From a plasmid, in the sequence record NZ_CP118109.1: DNA of 64,000 nt. One strand, written 5' to 3'. Both the position numbers and the translations under genes were made by a program. Positions 35,501 through 43,172 of this stretch are shown in pieces; position 1 is the stretch's first letter, and every line of letters begins with the position of its first letter. Below the pieces are notes generated by a model. That model was not told the origin of the DNA and did not search any database. It saw only the letters and a program-made list of their open reading frames with translations.

Positions 35501-37863
35501 TCGTAACTGGTATAGTCATAGTATTTCTTTGCCACAACGCCACTGAACCGGCTGAGGTTGTATGTGTCATAGACGTATCCGCTGCCGAGTCGCCAAGACA
35601 GCTCGGTACCGCTACCGATGAAGTCTCCTTTGTCTCCTCCAGAAACGAACAATCCTTTTACGTCACCTTCATCATTCACTTCCACATTCGCTTTCCAGTT
35701 GACGGCGTACTCCAAATCCTTTTTCGTGACTTGTCCTTCCACGGACATTTCAACTTCATAGTCCTTGATTGTTTCAAGCTTGCGGTCTTCTTTGATCGTG
35801 AACTCAAACTTCTTCGCTGGATAGGCATCAACACTCACCTTAAACGAAGACTCGTTATAGGTCACATAGAGATCGCCTTTATACTGAACGCTGTATTGGA
35901 ATGCGATTTCTGGATAGATCATAATGGAATGGCGCTTCTTTCCGCGAAGACGTGCTGCATATTGGAATGGTTGGATGCTGTTTTCTAGCTGAGGCTTTTT
36001 CACCAACAGGTCGTCTTGATCTCCGATCCCTGAGTGGAAAGCATAATTTGGATCTTCTTCCCCACTTGTCCGAGTATACATACTCGTCAGCATTCCTGGG
36101 TTCTCAATATAGTTCGGTTCTTTTTCTACATCCGTCCATTGTTCTGGAGAATCTTCTGTCGGAATATAAATCGATCCATCTACAGCCTCGGTACTGAACG
36201 CCTGAATCCGGTTCTCGGATACATCGACATAAATCTGTTGCTTCAGCTCCCCTGCTTTGCAGATGATTGTGGCTTTGCCATTCGTGATAGCTTCAAACAC
36301 AAGTCTGTTTGCATCTTCGTCTACGATATTAAGGCAACTGTTTTGCTGAATGTCCCATGTAATCGACCGGCTGCGACCATCATCATTTACGATAGCGGGA
36401 TAGATCGACTTTCGCTCTCCTGGTGCCATGAGTATATTAGTTTCGGCAAAGTGCAGGATCGGTTGCGTCTGCCCTACGATATGGATCGTGGCTTCAGCTT
36501 CGTTATCATAAACACTTGCTTTTAGTCGGACGACTCCCGAGCCATAACCACCAAGTACGATATCTTTTCCCTTGTTGTTCTCCAATTGAACAAATTCAGC
36601 GCCTTCTACAATGTTCCACTCAATTAAGTAGTCATTGTGATCCATGCCAGCCAGTGTATTTTGATATTGGGCAGAAAGAGATATCTTGTCCCCTTGCACG
36701 ATCGTTGCCTCTTCAGGCTGAACATGGAAGCGATACAAATGTTTATCTCGTATCGGCAGCTTTATGGTTGCCTCCACCACTTCGCTTGTCTTGCTAACAA
36801 GACGAACTTCCATCGTTAAAATACCTGAAGTACTAGGGATGATCATAAAAGTTCTCGTATCTAATTGGAGACTTACTTCACCGCCTTGCACATCATACTC
36901 ACAGGTGGAAGTCTCGAAGATATCTCCATTCGTATACTCTGGCATCAAGTGGATTTGAAAAGGCTGACCTACATAAAAGTTTTTACTATCCAAGGAAGTA
37001 TGGATCACTGCTTTTGGCTTCTCTACACGGATCGGTGTTTCAGCGATGAATGTTCCTGCATAGTTAAAACGAATGTTGGTTTCACCAATACTCATGCCTT
37101 CAATCCAAATCTTATCTGATTCAACAGCAGAAACTCTTGCGATATTTCGGTTATCAATGATGCCCTCAATAAGATCTGCCCTAACACCTAGAACACCTTC
37201 AACATCAAGAAAAATCGGAACAGGAATAGCCTCCCGATGAGTTACAACGATCTCATTTACATTCACGCTTCCTATGACATTCTCAATCAGAGAAACATCA
37301 AAACCAAAGACTTCAATACCTTCCTCAGCAAGTTCCATAATTACATTCTCTTTATTGCTGATAATTTCAAGGGATCGAATATCATAGCGAAGAGGGAACT
37401 CTATTTCACTATTGCGCTCAAGCAGCTGCTTAAGCTCAGTGCGGTTTAAAATCTTTGCTGTCTCTTTGGTGCCGTGGATGCTTGTGTCGATCTGCTCTGC
37501 TGTTATCCATTTTGTTTCGGTTGTTATCGGTACAGCTGCTCTGGATTCGATCCAAGCATAAACGGAATCAATGCCATCCTCATTTATTACGATTGATACA
37601 TTAGGGTCTAGTGAGATCGCCGTATATCCTTGGATGACACTTCCCTCTTCGAGGTCAATAACTACGCTATCTAATTCGATATGAGCTTTGCTATCATAGC
37701 TTGTGTGCTGTTCATTAAGCACTCCGCGCCCCTCATATAACTTATCGTTATACCTCTCTCCATTTGGCTTCTCTACGTCAGCATAGACGGCGAATTGAAA
37801 TGGGTGCTCCCACGTTGGGATAATCTCTGCTTTGATTTTATAATCGAAATTGATTATGGCCAT
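29500..37863 (-). CDS. Giant 2787-aa structural (fibre/adhesin-like) protein with N-terminal Big_2-type Ig-like domains, two lectin/jelly-roll-like blocks (...NFYMLLIE...GSFGMCNISQ and ...NFYSFEWD...), and a PA14 domain.
   Basis: The PA14 signature is GFAINWKGSIYAPVSGTYTFYSTSDDGFRLWIDKKLIIDKW. Several Big_2-like ...ATI.V/...IYVDV segments are present. Its ATG overlaps the stop of the upstream gene (TAATG). Confidence 0.65.
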   Translation of the reverse strand: MAIINFDYKIKAEIIPTWEHPFQFAVYADVEKPNGERYNDKLYEGRGVLNEQHTSYDSKAHIELDSVVIDLEEGSVIQGYTAISLDPNVSIVINEDGIDSVYAWIESRAAVPITTETKWITAEQIDTSIHGTKETAKILNRTELKQLLERNSEIEFPLRYDIRSLEIISNKENVIMELAEEGIEVFGFDVSLIENVIGSVNVNEIVVTHREAIPVPIFLDVEGVLGVRADLIEGIIDNRNIARVSAVESDKIWIEGMSIGETNIRFNYAGTFIAETPIRVEKPKAVIHTSLDSKNFYVGQPFQIHLMPEYTNGDIFETSTCEYDVQGGEVSLQLDTRTFMIIPSTSGILTMEVRLVSKTSEVVEATIKLPIRDKHLYRFHVQPEEATIVQGDKISLSAQYQNTLAGMDHNDYLIEWNIVEGAEFVQLENNKGKDIVLGGYGSGVVRLKASVYDNEAEATIHIVGQTQPILHFAETNILMAPGERKSIYPAIVNDDGRSRSITWDIQQNSCLNIVDEDANRLVFEAITNGKATIICKAGELKQQIYVDVSENRIQAFSTEAVDGSIYIPTEDSPEQWTDVEKEPNYIENPGMLTSMYTRTSGEEDPNYAFHSGIGDQDDLLVKKPQLENSIQPFQYAARLRGKKRHSIMIYPEIAFQYSVQYKGDLYVTYNESSFKVSVDAYPAKKFEFTIKEDRKLETIKDYEVEMSVEGQVTKKDLEYAVNWKANVEVNDEGDVKGLFVSGGDKGDFIGSGTELSWRLGSGYVYDTYNLSRFSGVVAKKYYDYTSYEAEFDYKPIAGDSSGIADDDLIGLIFKARDKRNFYMLLIESHERARNSNRTGDNLEGFNIYTGTPEQWNARSVRGASYQTESEWRLYTQSMGWKTQHRRIYKVTDGVMSRVNVNDLGGGNGWDFNVMQSMMVRSMGKKVELHIRHSLSGDYAKIFEFNTDWEEGSFGMCNISQAVQFHGIRVREWNQIEGRIPETGYDKYTGIGSKTISSSGREYVKNQVVSKLSSPSQKYEVTEVAGELTDSSAGSITASVTGAIVVKSNNPPNAGEPITQKFTKSGQIRITPDNIDLNTAAEVYTNAQEFFKAELAKFKSDHPEMSASSVVPTFTLVKPAADDAEKDFTQERLLMWETEPEIVTTEIDYEHNVFAYEGWVAGRPLTDFVGGNWATYTLTFHDNSGTVNEQYDAWKWQNSGAVDIHHDPSDVLMLKTTEWYKGIFPADILNEGIVNSEEDSFVDIPPNHEHYIEPYLNTPMPGIYDNVHYLLYKEPIGKQTFTWMYWESQPGITTRNSGLPINQLTGKPIIKTDRQNDRVVVKCDEDPRYIPYTTGKEIGYGKVNGKRPFFGDSAGRANMVGVPTNTVFIPENMVNITGPYIEVSDERVSYNIDAGGKTVTFSSDFKDAYVWYTDWYTSWHEDERGFHADLNTTTTISDPISINPDDQEDYDDNVSIEGVEVISNNPFVSVWPTQAEGSSSGLLGTYYRYPQEIENVLEKFVVGGSFQIKEQVFVIEEAVAPVNTPGLPATETFIPGSAPVRGTIQGATESEVATVYVPAGKPILKIASNFMIDTGNKYPDLLVTAPNGEQFGVKYMNGTWSATGTTASDFLSCRQYTHSGDNGHAEVMTFTLPIEGTWIISVFNQGNAQTTYMVTTNIGTEVRKVLSLSYVPDPDSVSVKVNGTSITAFAMDRKDVIITAPIVNEDVIEVNYSAGGIKIKELPMQTDFPMYDVPPYKVLSVRKNDVEIPESTTNGYYIDGQTFKIRGSYVTPGVIRIRYGVGEIDNTFDLSNEPQLSPEVYLNGAKLDETKYSISGRILTVDKELLMPKDWVHLQSYRVAKRFDPQKENYLGNVKMSRIDPFINFNWGTQSPFTESLEPAGFRMMAVIPDQIKFNLNVEMEISYPSSEVIDTSNFTGVWNKFDENIGSDVGNWHGPPEAGYDKVTNLANQSYRSGWYNPEHVDMTDYDFEFLVQEINSGDNDMYGAIFRFSPATKNFYSFEWDADGMDVRGMAIYRNICTNPSQYGTAQLTYNKVKLAHLPEPWAYGGNQTNKIRVRVVGQSIQVYTNDVLKFDIVDNAPDALIAGAWGPVTRSQPNTYFWNFSTSKILKETIRKPMSAEKTKSLTDSLRTEEMVVNDQRMIEFFSSELNSFLSAHGFSRSDVSLQYFIKNDTSDYKTHFTTGGIVTSSDDAKVSATVITRPASTPEQPAWLDYREINRGHLPPDTSVDVYSPDQPEPYIDPIQPTDEGTPNDGFAINWKGSIYAPVSGTYTFYSTSDDGFRLWIDKKLIIDKWVLQSAMTHVGSIDLQGGKWYDFNANYFENEGTASVKLEWSHPATDRTMISPDFFTPRLGYAVNARVKEATPMPWSPMIHNGYYYFKDKEHYLYAKKTRHVMTPVDHQLLIQPRPQQGAPMIIRDNEGNILRKTAFYEEVFNEDGLLIDIQQTLTYKEELTGNGYGKYYLTYKGIDPDSLVVKLNGVTISADKYVFDAERSSIQFMNNIGNRDIMNFEYSLMYSYFVDYNHDPNNDVAKIVLHSNYDPDKMKDMEIIYEGDAFSPFYRAKEIALNPLLTHNHKGFLYLTNKILDTPKSVEINVSPKTLSSDGLGKVLVTGKVLDKYNNPIQNKNVDVYRDGELIYSGPTNRAGEIYVYDKPVPRAEMISAYQIICEDLNNQTLLNFYVPNMKDRYFLEVKTSKAAIQAGQDDKATVYITLRNENWENVAGERIKIVCRDTKGDITTSEMTTNVYGQAEWTISALNEQQGNITVTASYSMEGETASNFIYLKVIGA

Positions 37864-39305
37864 TAAAACTTCTCCTTCGCTAGGTCTAGTCTGAATGTGT
37901 AATCATCCCAGACTTTGATATCTGAATCCCAAATGTTTGGAAGATACCCGATCCCCGTCAGGTCTCTGCTGATCGTATCCCAGTATCCTTCATCCCAATT
38001 GAATTTCCCCCACATCACAGGCGCTACTTCATTGATGTAATTCACCCAATTGATTAGCTTATCTGTTGCTTGCCCATCCTCACCGAACATCATTTTGTAC
38101 AGCTCTTCGTCTTGTTTATCGTACAACTGATGCTTGAAGACATCTTTGATGATGGAAACGGTATGCTCTTTTCCTTCACGAAACGCCTGAACCATGATGT
38201 TTCCGAAACGATCTACTGCGTACATGTTGGACTCTATCTTCTGGCCATCCACACGGATCGTGCGGTGGTCTAGCCCGCTGCCCTTGATGTACAAGTTCTT
38301 CGTATCGTTTTTCCACACGAATCTCCGGATTAAGCCAAGCTCGCGACCGAGTGCATGGGTTAATCCCAACTCGCTGTTGTTTGCCGGGTAACGGAAAGCA
38401 TCTTTGATGCGTTCACGATACTCTGCATTCCGCTCAAGTGTCAGACGTTTCACGCCGACTAAAAGCCCGAACTCATCAAAGGCATTCCAGATTAAATGAG
38501 GTGCCGGTGTTGATCGGAAGCCCTGCCGGTTATCAATATTCTCGACTACGCCTAGAATGGTTTCATATCGACGAATCGAGTACATGACTCGAGACTCGTA
38601 ATCAATAATGACGCCCTTCTGCTCCATGTTATAAAAGAACTCTTTTAGTGAGCTTAAGATGGGAACCGGTTTACGAAGGTCAGCATCTTCTTGATCATAA
38701 ATCGTTAGACTGTCTATAGATGAAATCTTAGGGATTGGATAGACATAAACCCAGTCCATCATATTCGGATCAAGCGTGTCGATGAATCGCTGGCGGCGAA
38801 TATCTTTAAGATCACCCAAGCCTCTTTCAAATTGCATCCCGAAGTAGTTTAAAAATCTCTGGCCAAGACTGAACTTCTTCCCGCGTAGCGTTGTCCATGT
38901 AGGAAATTCATCTGCCATGTACTGCGTATATTCTGAATAGAAATATTCGTTTATGAATAGTCCAATAATAAGATTCCGTCCGCTGAGTGTCGCCTGGATG
39001 ATTCGCTTGTCTTGATCGCATGTCGTTTCGACTAAGCGCCAATTGCTGATCTGGTCGTGAAAGCAGATAACTGAATGTGCTGCATCTGTATCACTCATTC
39101 GCTTTGAATAAGGAATCGTGATTCGAACCTGCTGATCGGCATTGGTGACCATTTTAAATTGCAGGGGAGTCTTCTCATAATCTGCATAGGCAATTTCTTC
39201 AGCAAACACATCGTGACTTTGAATGCCTTCTACCTGTTGCAGCTCTCCCGTAATGGGCTGATCGCTTTCGAAAACTATATCATTGATCTCAAACCTATAT
39301 TCCAT
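37863..39305 (-). CDS. Hypothetical 480-aa structural protein, the first gene of an internal late transcription unit.
   Basis: ATG at 39305 with the SD AAGGAGGG 5 nt upstream, preceded by a promoter-like element and the 18-bp motif. No recognisable domain. Confidence 0.45.
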   Translation of the reverse strand: MEYRFEINDIVFESDQPITGELQQVEGIQSHDVFAEEIAYADYEKTPLQFKMVTNADQQVRITIPYSKRMSDTDAAHSVICFHDQISNWRLVETTCDQDKRIIQATLSGRNLIIGLFINEYFYSEYTQYMADEFPTWTTLRGKKFSLGQRFLNYFGMQFERGLGDLKDIRRQRFIDTLDPNMMDWVYVYPIPKISSIDSLTIYDQEDADLRKPVPILSSLKEFFYNMEQKGVIIDYESRVMYSIRRYETILGVVENIDNRQGFRSTPAPHLIWNAFDEFGLLVGVKRLTLERNAEYRERIKDAFRYPANNSELGLTHALGRELGLIRRFVWKNDTKNLYIKGSGLDHRTIRVDGQKIESNMYAVDRFGNIMVQAFREGKEHTVSIIKDVFKHQLYDKQDEELYKMMFGEDGQATDKLINWVNYINEVAPVMWGKFNWDEGYWDTISRDLTGIGYLPNIWDSDIKVWDDYTFRLDLAKEKF

Positions 39306-39320
39306 ACCGACCCTCCTTTC

Positions 39321-39368
39321 AATGTAATGCGTTACATTATACCATTATAAAGCCTGCTTATGTATAAA
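39321..39368 (-). promoter_or_regulatory. Internal late promoter with an extended -10 (TGGTATAAT) overlapping a copy of the 18-bp palindromic motif.
   Basis: The minus strand reads ...TTTATAATGGTATAATGTAACGCATTACATTGAAAGGAGGGTCGGTATG. Two overlapping TATAAT hexamers are present and the -35 is weak. The 18-bp motif is identical to the one at 6945-6962. Confidence 0.4.
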
Positions 39369-39403
39369 GAAAGGGTGTTCAGCGAAATGCTAAACACCCT
39401 TTT
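39369..39403 (-). terminator. Strong hairpin (a candidate bidirectional intrinsic terminator) that splits the tail-gene region into two transcription units.
   Basis: A 14-bp stem AAAGGGTGTTCAGC / GCTAAACACCCTTT with one mismatch and a GAAAT loop, 12 nt after the stop of the 149-aa gene. It is flanked by U-rich tracts on both strands. Confidence 0.55.
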
Positions 39404-39413
39404 GTTTGTTCGT

Positions 39414-39863
39414 TTATTCTTCTGTGGAACCGATTGTGTTCTTCTTCCGGTTGATATGCTCTTGTCTATTCTGCAGGAACTTAGCGGATTTGTCATGAGC
39501 ATATTCCAAATAGTTAATGAGCCAGTCTGCTTTTGCAGTTGTCCCATCTGTGATTTGATGCATGCCTAGGATTCTATCCAGCTCAGTTTTCACTTCCATA
39601 TCCTCAGCTGTAAGACTCATTCCGATCAGCTGCTTGTTTGCGATTCTCATGAAAGAGAATAAGATGAACTCCAAAGCGGCCGTGCCTTGATTAGGCTGAA
39701 TCTTCTCAGAAGACATTTCAAACAATACTTTAGTTACCATAGCTTGTTCTGCTTCAGAAAGAGTAGCGTATACTTGCGGATTCATTTCACCGGATTCGAT
39801 TTGACTGCGAAGGTCGGCTTCTTGTTTTACCTCTTCAGCTACTAATGCGATTCTTTCTCTCAT
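39414..39863 (-). CDS. Hypothetical 149-aa acidic helical protein (a possible fibre assembly or chaperone role is purely positional).
   Basis: ORF at the end of the fibre cluster, directly before the terminator. Confidence 0.4.
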   Translation of the reverse strand: MRERIALVAEEVKQEADLRSQIESGEMNPQVYATLSEAEQAMVTKVLFEMSSEKIQPNQGTAALEFILFSFMRIANKQLIGMSLTAEDMEVKTELDRILGMHQITDGTTAKADWLINYLEYAHDKSAKFLQNRQEHINRKKNTIGSTEE

Positions 39864-39876
39864 CGTAATCTCTCCT

Positions 39877-41025
39877 TTAGGACCAGGTTAGCCCGTAGTT
39901 ATATAATTTTGAATTTAACGGCAGCTCTATTTTGATACAGATCTTATTGTCCTTTGGACTAATCGAATCGCTGAAATAGAATAACGTATCAGGAGTGATA
40001 CTTTCCCACGTCACTCCGTTATCCCGTGAGATATGGTATAGAGCCCCCTCTGCTTCAGCAGATACGATCGCTTTGCTTGGGATGGCTTCGGCAATCTCTG
40101 GCGTGGTGATAACTACTCCAGCTGGATTATCGACTGGGTTTAAGCCTGCAGCTACATAGAAATAATCGTAAGTGTTATTATAGTATCTCGACTGAATTGT
40201 AATATATGGAGTAGCGCCGCCATACCCCTGGTTAAGATTTCTGTTGCTTACAATTTGCAGGCCGTTTATCCATATGTTCGCTACGCCTAACTCATTGGAA
40301 GCAATCAATTCAAACTCTTTCGTCGCATCAAATGTTCCGGCAGGGGCTAGTATTGTATTAGCTCCGAGGGTAATAGATCCATTTGGATTCGCTCTAATCC
40401 TATAGAAACTCCCTACATTAGCCCTTTCTGCAGAACAAATTGTTAGCTCCAAGAAGCCCTCTGGCTGGCCTTTTGTTCTGAGTTTTACTGTTATTGCACG
40501 AGAAGCAGTAAGGTTTCTTCTTAACGTGGCATTCCCGGATATCCAACTTGTGGTGGTAACTACTGTCGTTGTACCATCGGGATTCACTTCGAATCTTGCA
40601 TTGGATGCTGTGAATCCAAGGGTAGTAGGAGAAACATCACCTTCCCATTTAGCTGTCCATGGTACGACTGATCCAAGTTGTGGAGTTACTTCCCCGAGTG
40701 CTGCATCCAGTTTATAGCTTGAGCTTCTGCTAGCATCAATACCTGAAGCATCCAGAAAGTCTTCGAAGACCATGTTGGTCAGCTTATATCGTTTGCTTTG
40801 AGCAATGACATTGAGCTTAGCATTTGCCTTCATAATGTTGACGGCATCTTGAATGATAAGCTTGTCTGCCATGTACACTACATTCTGAATATAGTCTTCC
40901 AGCATATCAACACGCTCTTTTACACTCTCGTAGTCGCCTTGGACTCCTACCCCGAGTGTGGTGTTCCTCATCTTCTTCTCATCTGAGGCTGCCTTATTGG
41001 CCGTTCCATAACTAATTACATCCAT
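39877..41025 (-). CDS. Fibre/receptor-binding-like protein, family B paralog 3 (MDVIS N-terminus, KYKLTNMVFEDFLDASGID motif). Its C-terminal module is related to the RCC1-family C-terminal domain (ends YGLTWS).
   Basis: It shares the N-terminal MD(I/V)IS..KA motif and the KYKL.D.V.D.F.D..G.D.S block with the ORFs at 45399, 52289 and 46831. Its C-terminal LYHISRDNGVTWESITPD...YGLTWS parallels YFVSIDDGETWKEVNPD...GLSYSWV. Confidence 0.5.
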   Translation of the reverse strand: MDVISYGTANKAASDEKKMRNTTLGVGVQGDYESVKERVDMLEDYIQNVVYMADKLIIQDAVNIMKANAKLNVIAQSKRYKLTNMVFEDFLDASGIDASRSSSYKLDAALGEVTPQLGSVVPWTAKWEGDVSPTTLGFTASNARFEVNPDGTTTVVTTTSWISGNATLRRNLTASRAITVKLRTKGQPEGFLELTICSAERANVGSFYRIRANPNGSITLGANTILAPAGTFDATKEFELIASNELGVANIWINGLQIVSNRNLNQGYGGATPYITIQSRYYNNTYDYFYVAAGLNPVDNPAGVVITTPEIAEAIPSKAIVSAEAEGALYHISRDNGVTWESITPDTLFYFSDSISPKDNKICIKIELPLNSKLYNYGLTWS

Positions 41026-41039
41026 CGTTTAATGCCTCC

Positions 41040-42692
41040 TTAAGTCCAAGAATAAGATAAGCCGTATAATTCAAGTCCGTTTTCAAGAATCGTTTTTATT
41101 TTTAATTCGTTACCTTCCGGTAGATCAGAAAGATTCGTCAGCTCATCTGGAGTTACTTCTTTCCATGTGGTTCCATCATCTCTGGAAACATAGTATCCCG
41201 GACTTGTTGGATTCGTTAATTCTGCTTCCAAAGATAGAGATTGAACTGTCGGAGTAGCGACACTCATATCAACGAAAGCATCTACACCTCGAAAAGAAGG
41301 AGATATCTTCTCGTTTGTCGTCCACATGACTGTTGCTACATAAAAGGTGATTCCATCGAATGGAGCCAGCTGTTCAGCTGTAAGAGCCTTTAACTCTTCG
41401 GATGTCATCCCCTTGGCTGCTACATCGTTGACGTCTGTTTCAGAGATAGGAGCATCAATCCATGTTTCACTTTCCACATCAAATCTCTTCCAGGTTTCCT
41501 TATCTGTAGATAGGAAGTATCGAATGCCGGTGGAGGCTGAAACAGATTCTTGAGCTTCAAGTCCTCGTATGTTCGGAAGATTGCAGGTTCCGATAATCTT
41601 AAACGGCTGATCTATTGTGTAAATCAAATCCTTAATCTCATTTTTAAATTTAAGGAAATTCGTATTACTTTCATCTTGCAGCATTGCCGGATAACCTGTT
41701 TTGTTTTCTATATCGTTCATGGCTATACGTCCTGTAAAATAAATGTCCATTGAATCAGTGATGACTAAGAAAGCACCGTTTTGTGATGTTGCATCAATAT
41801 CATATGCTGGAGGCAGCGGGGTGCCGTCCTCATCCATAATCATTTCATTCCAGACTAATGAATTAGTTAAATTACCAATGCCAAGCGTGCCTTGGGTGTT
41901 GTTGCCCGTTGTATGCACTTTATTATCTAGATCTAAAGCAATAGTATTATTGTATCCTCCAACTGCCTTTTTCACATTATCTTTCATATAAACGAGGCTG
42001 GCTGAATTAGCACTTGTTCCGTATGCTAGCCCATATCCACTTCCACATCCATATAATTTGTTCTCAAACGTTAAAAACAATGAATGATTTAGTCCTGGCG
42101 ATATTTCTTTTACTCTCTCTTTTAGTTCAGGGAATACTTCTGTGAATTGATTGGGCGCACTATCTCCTATTCTATTAAACAAATTTGATCCAGAGGCCAT
42201 TACTCTTCCATCAAGCATTATTACCCAGCTAAAGCCAGGTCCTGCATAAACTTTATGAACGCCATCTATTACTTTAGTCCATGTAGGCACACTGCTAGTA
42301 TGATTCAGCCCCAATTCCCCGTTGCCATTAAATCCCATAGCCCATAAAGAATTATCTTCTTTAATAGCAAAGGAACAATCTGTTCCGGCTGCACAATATT
42401 TGACGCCTTCCATTATCTCTGTTATGACGCTATATTGCTGTTGGCCTTGCTCCAAGAATATGCCATTAGCATTGTTATTATTAAGACCCACCCCATAAAG
42501 TTTATCATTTATAATGAGTAATGTGTGATTGGGGCCTGCTGATACTTGCCTTGGCTTATAAGGAATTAATGTTGGGACAGCAATCGAGCCTCCAGTTGCC
42601 CACCCAAACATTCCTTTACTGTAACTATTATTTCCAACAAACCATAACTGGCCATCAATATCTTCAAAATAACTGCCTCTAGCATTAGCCAT
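41040..42692 (-). CDS. RCC1-repeat beta-propeller protein (family C paralog) with a conserved C-terminal module ending GLSYSWT. Putative receptor-binding protein.
   Basis: Multiple G.N..GQLG/ G.G..GY.LA-type blade motifs. C-terminus is YYVSRDDGTTWKEVTPDELTNLSDLPEGNELKIKTILENGLELYGLSYSWT. Confidence 0.6.
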   Translation of the reverse strand: MANARGSYFEDIDGQLWFVGNNSYSKGMFGWATGGSIAVPTLIPYKPRQVSAGPNHTLLIINDKLYGVGLNNNNANGIFLEQGQQQYSVITEIMEGVKYCAAGTDCSFAIKEDNSLWAMGFNGNGELGLNHTSSVPTWTKVIDGVHKVYAGPGFSWVIMLDGRVMASGSNLFNRIGDSAPNQFTEVFPELKERVKEISPGLNHSLFLTFENKLYGCGSGYGLAYGTSANSASLVYMKDNVKKAVGGYNNTIALDLDNKVHTTGNNTQGTLGIGNLTNSLVWNEMIMDEDGTPLPPAYDIDATSQNGAFLVITDSMDIYFTGRIAMNDIENKTGYPAMLQDESNTNFLKFKNEIKDLIYTIDQPFKIIGTCNLPNIRGLEAQESVSASTGIRYFLSTDKETWKRFDVESETWIDAPISETDVNDVAAKGMTSEELKALTAEQLAPFDGITFYVATVMWTTNEKISPSFRGVDAFVDMSVATPTVQSLSLEAELTNPTSPGYYVSRDDGTTWKEVTPDELTNLSDLPEGNELKIKTILENGLELYGLSYSWT

Positions 42693-42706
42693 TTCCGTTG
42701 CTCCTT

Positions 42707-43141
42707 CTATTCATGTGACCTTAATAGGAATTTATTAACTGTCCTATATGAGTATAAGATTACTTCCTCATTTGAGTATTCCAATTGCTTCACGGGAGTT
42801 CTCCTTATTAAGCCTATATCTTCATTGCTTGATTTAAGCTCAAGTGTACTTCCGGATCGTTGTATCTCACCAGTATCAAATTCCGGTGCAGATGCATTCG
42901 CCATGGCGACAATCTCTCTGAATCCTGTGAGGGCAAGCCTTACCTTAATGTATCTTTCCAGCTGTACTGTATCAATAGACACATGCTCACCAAACTGGAT
43001 GCCATCTTTTGATGTAGCCACACTGACTCCAATCTTTCCTGATCCGCCAGATACTGCATCAAACCGATCGATCTTCGAAACATTATCCCCAAGATCAATG
43101 ACCTCTGACTCCCATATTCCTGAGCCTTCAAAATAGTCCAC
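42707..43141 (-). CDS. Small 144-aa protein, family D paralog (SGIWESEVIDLGDN ... DGIQF ... ERYIKVRL).
   Basis: GTG start with the SD AGAGGTG. Paralogous to the 44845 ORF and to an internal segment of the 52289 ORF (GTWESEILDLGEGW). Confidence 0.45.
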   Translation of the reverse strand: MDYFEGSGIWESEVIDLGDNVSKIDRFDAVSGGSGKIGVSVATSKDGIQFGEHVSIDTVQLERYIKVRLALTGFREIVAMANASAPEFDTGEIQRSGSTLELKSSNEDIGLIRRTPVKQLEYSNEEVILYSYRTVNKFLLRSHE

Positions 43142-43172
43142 TCATTTCACCTCTTTAAAAGAGTGTAACACA

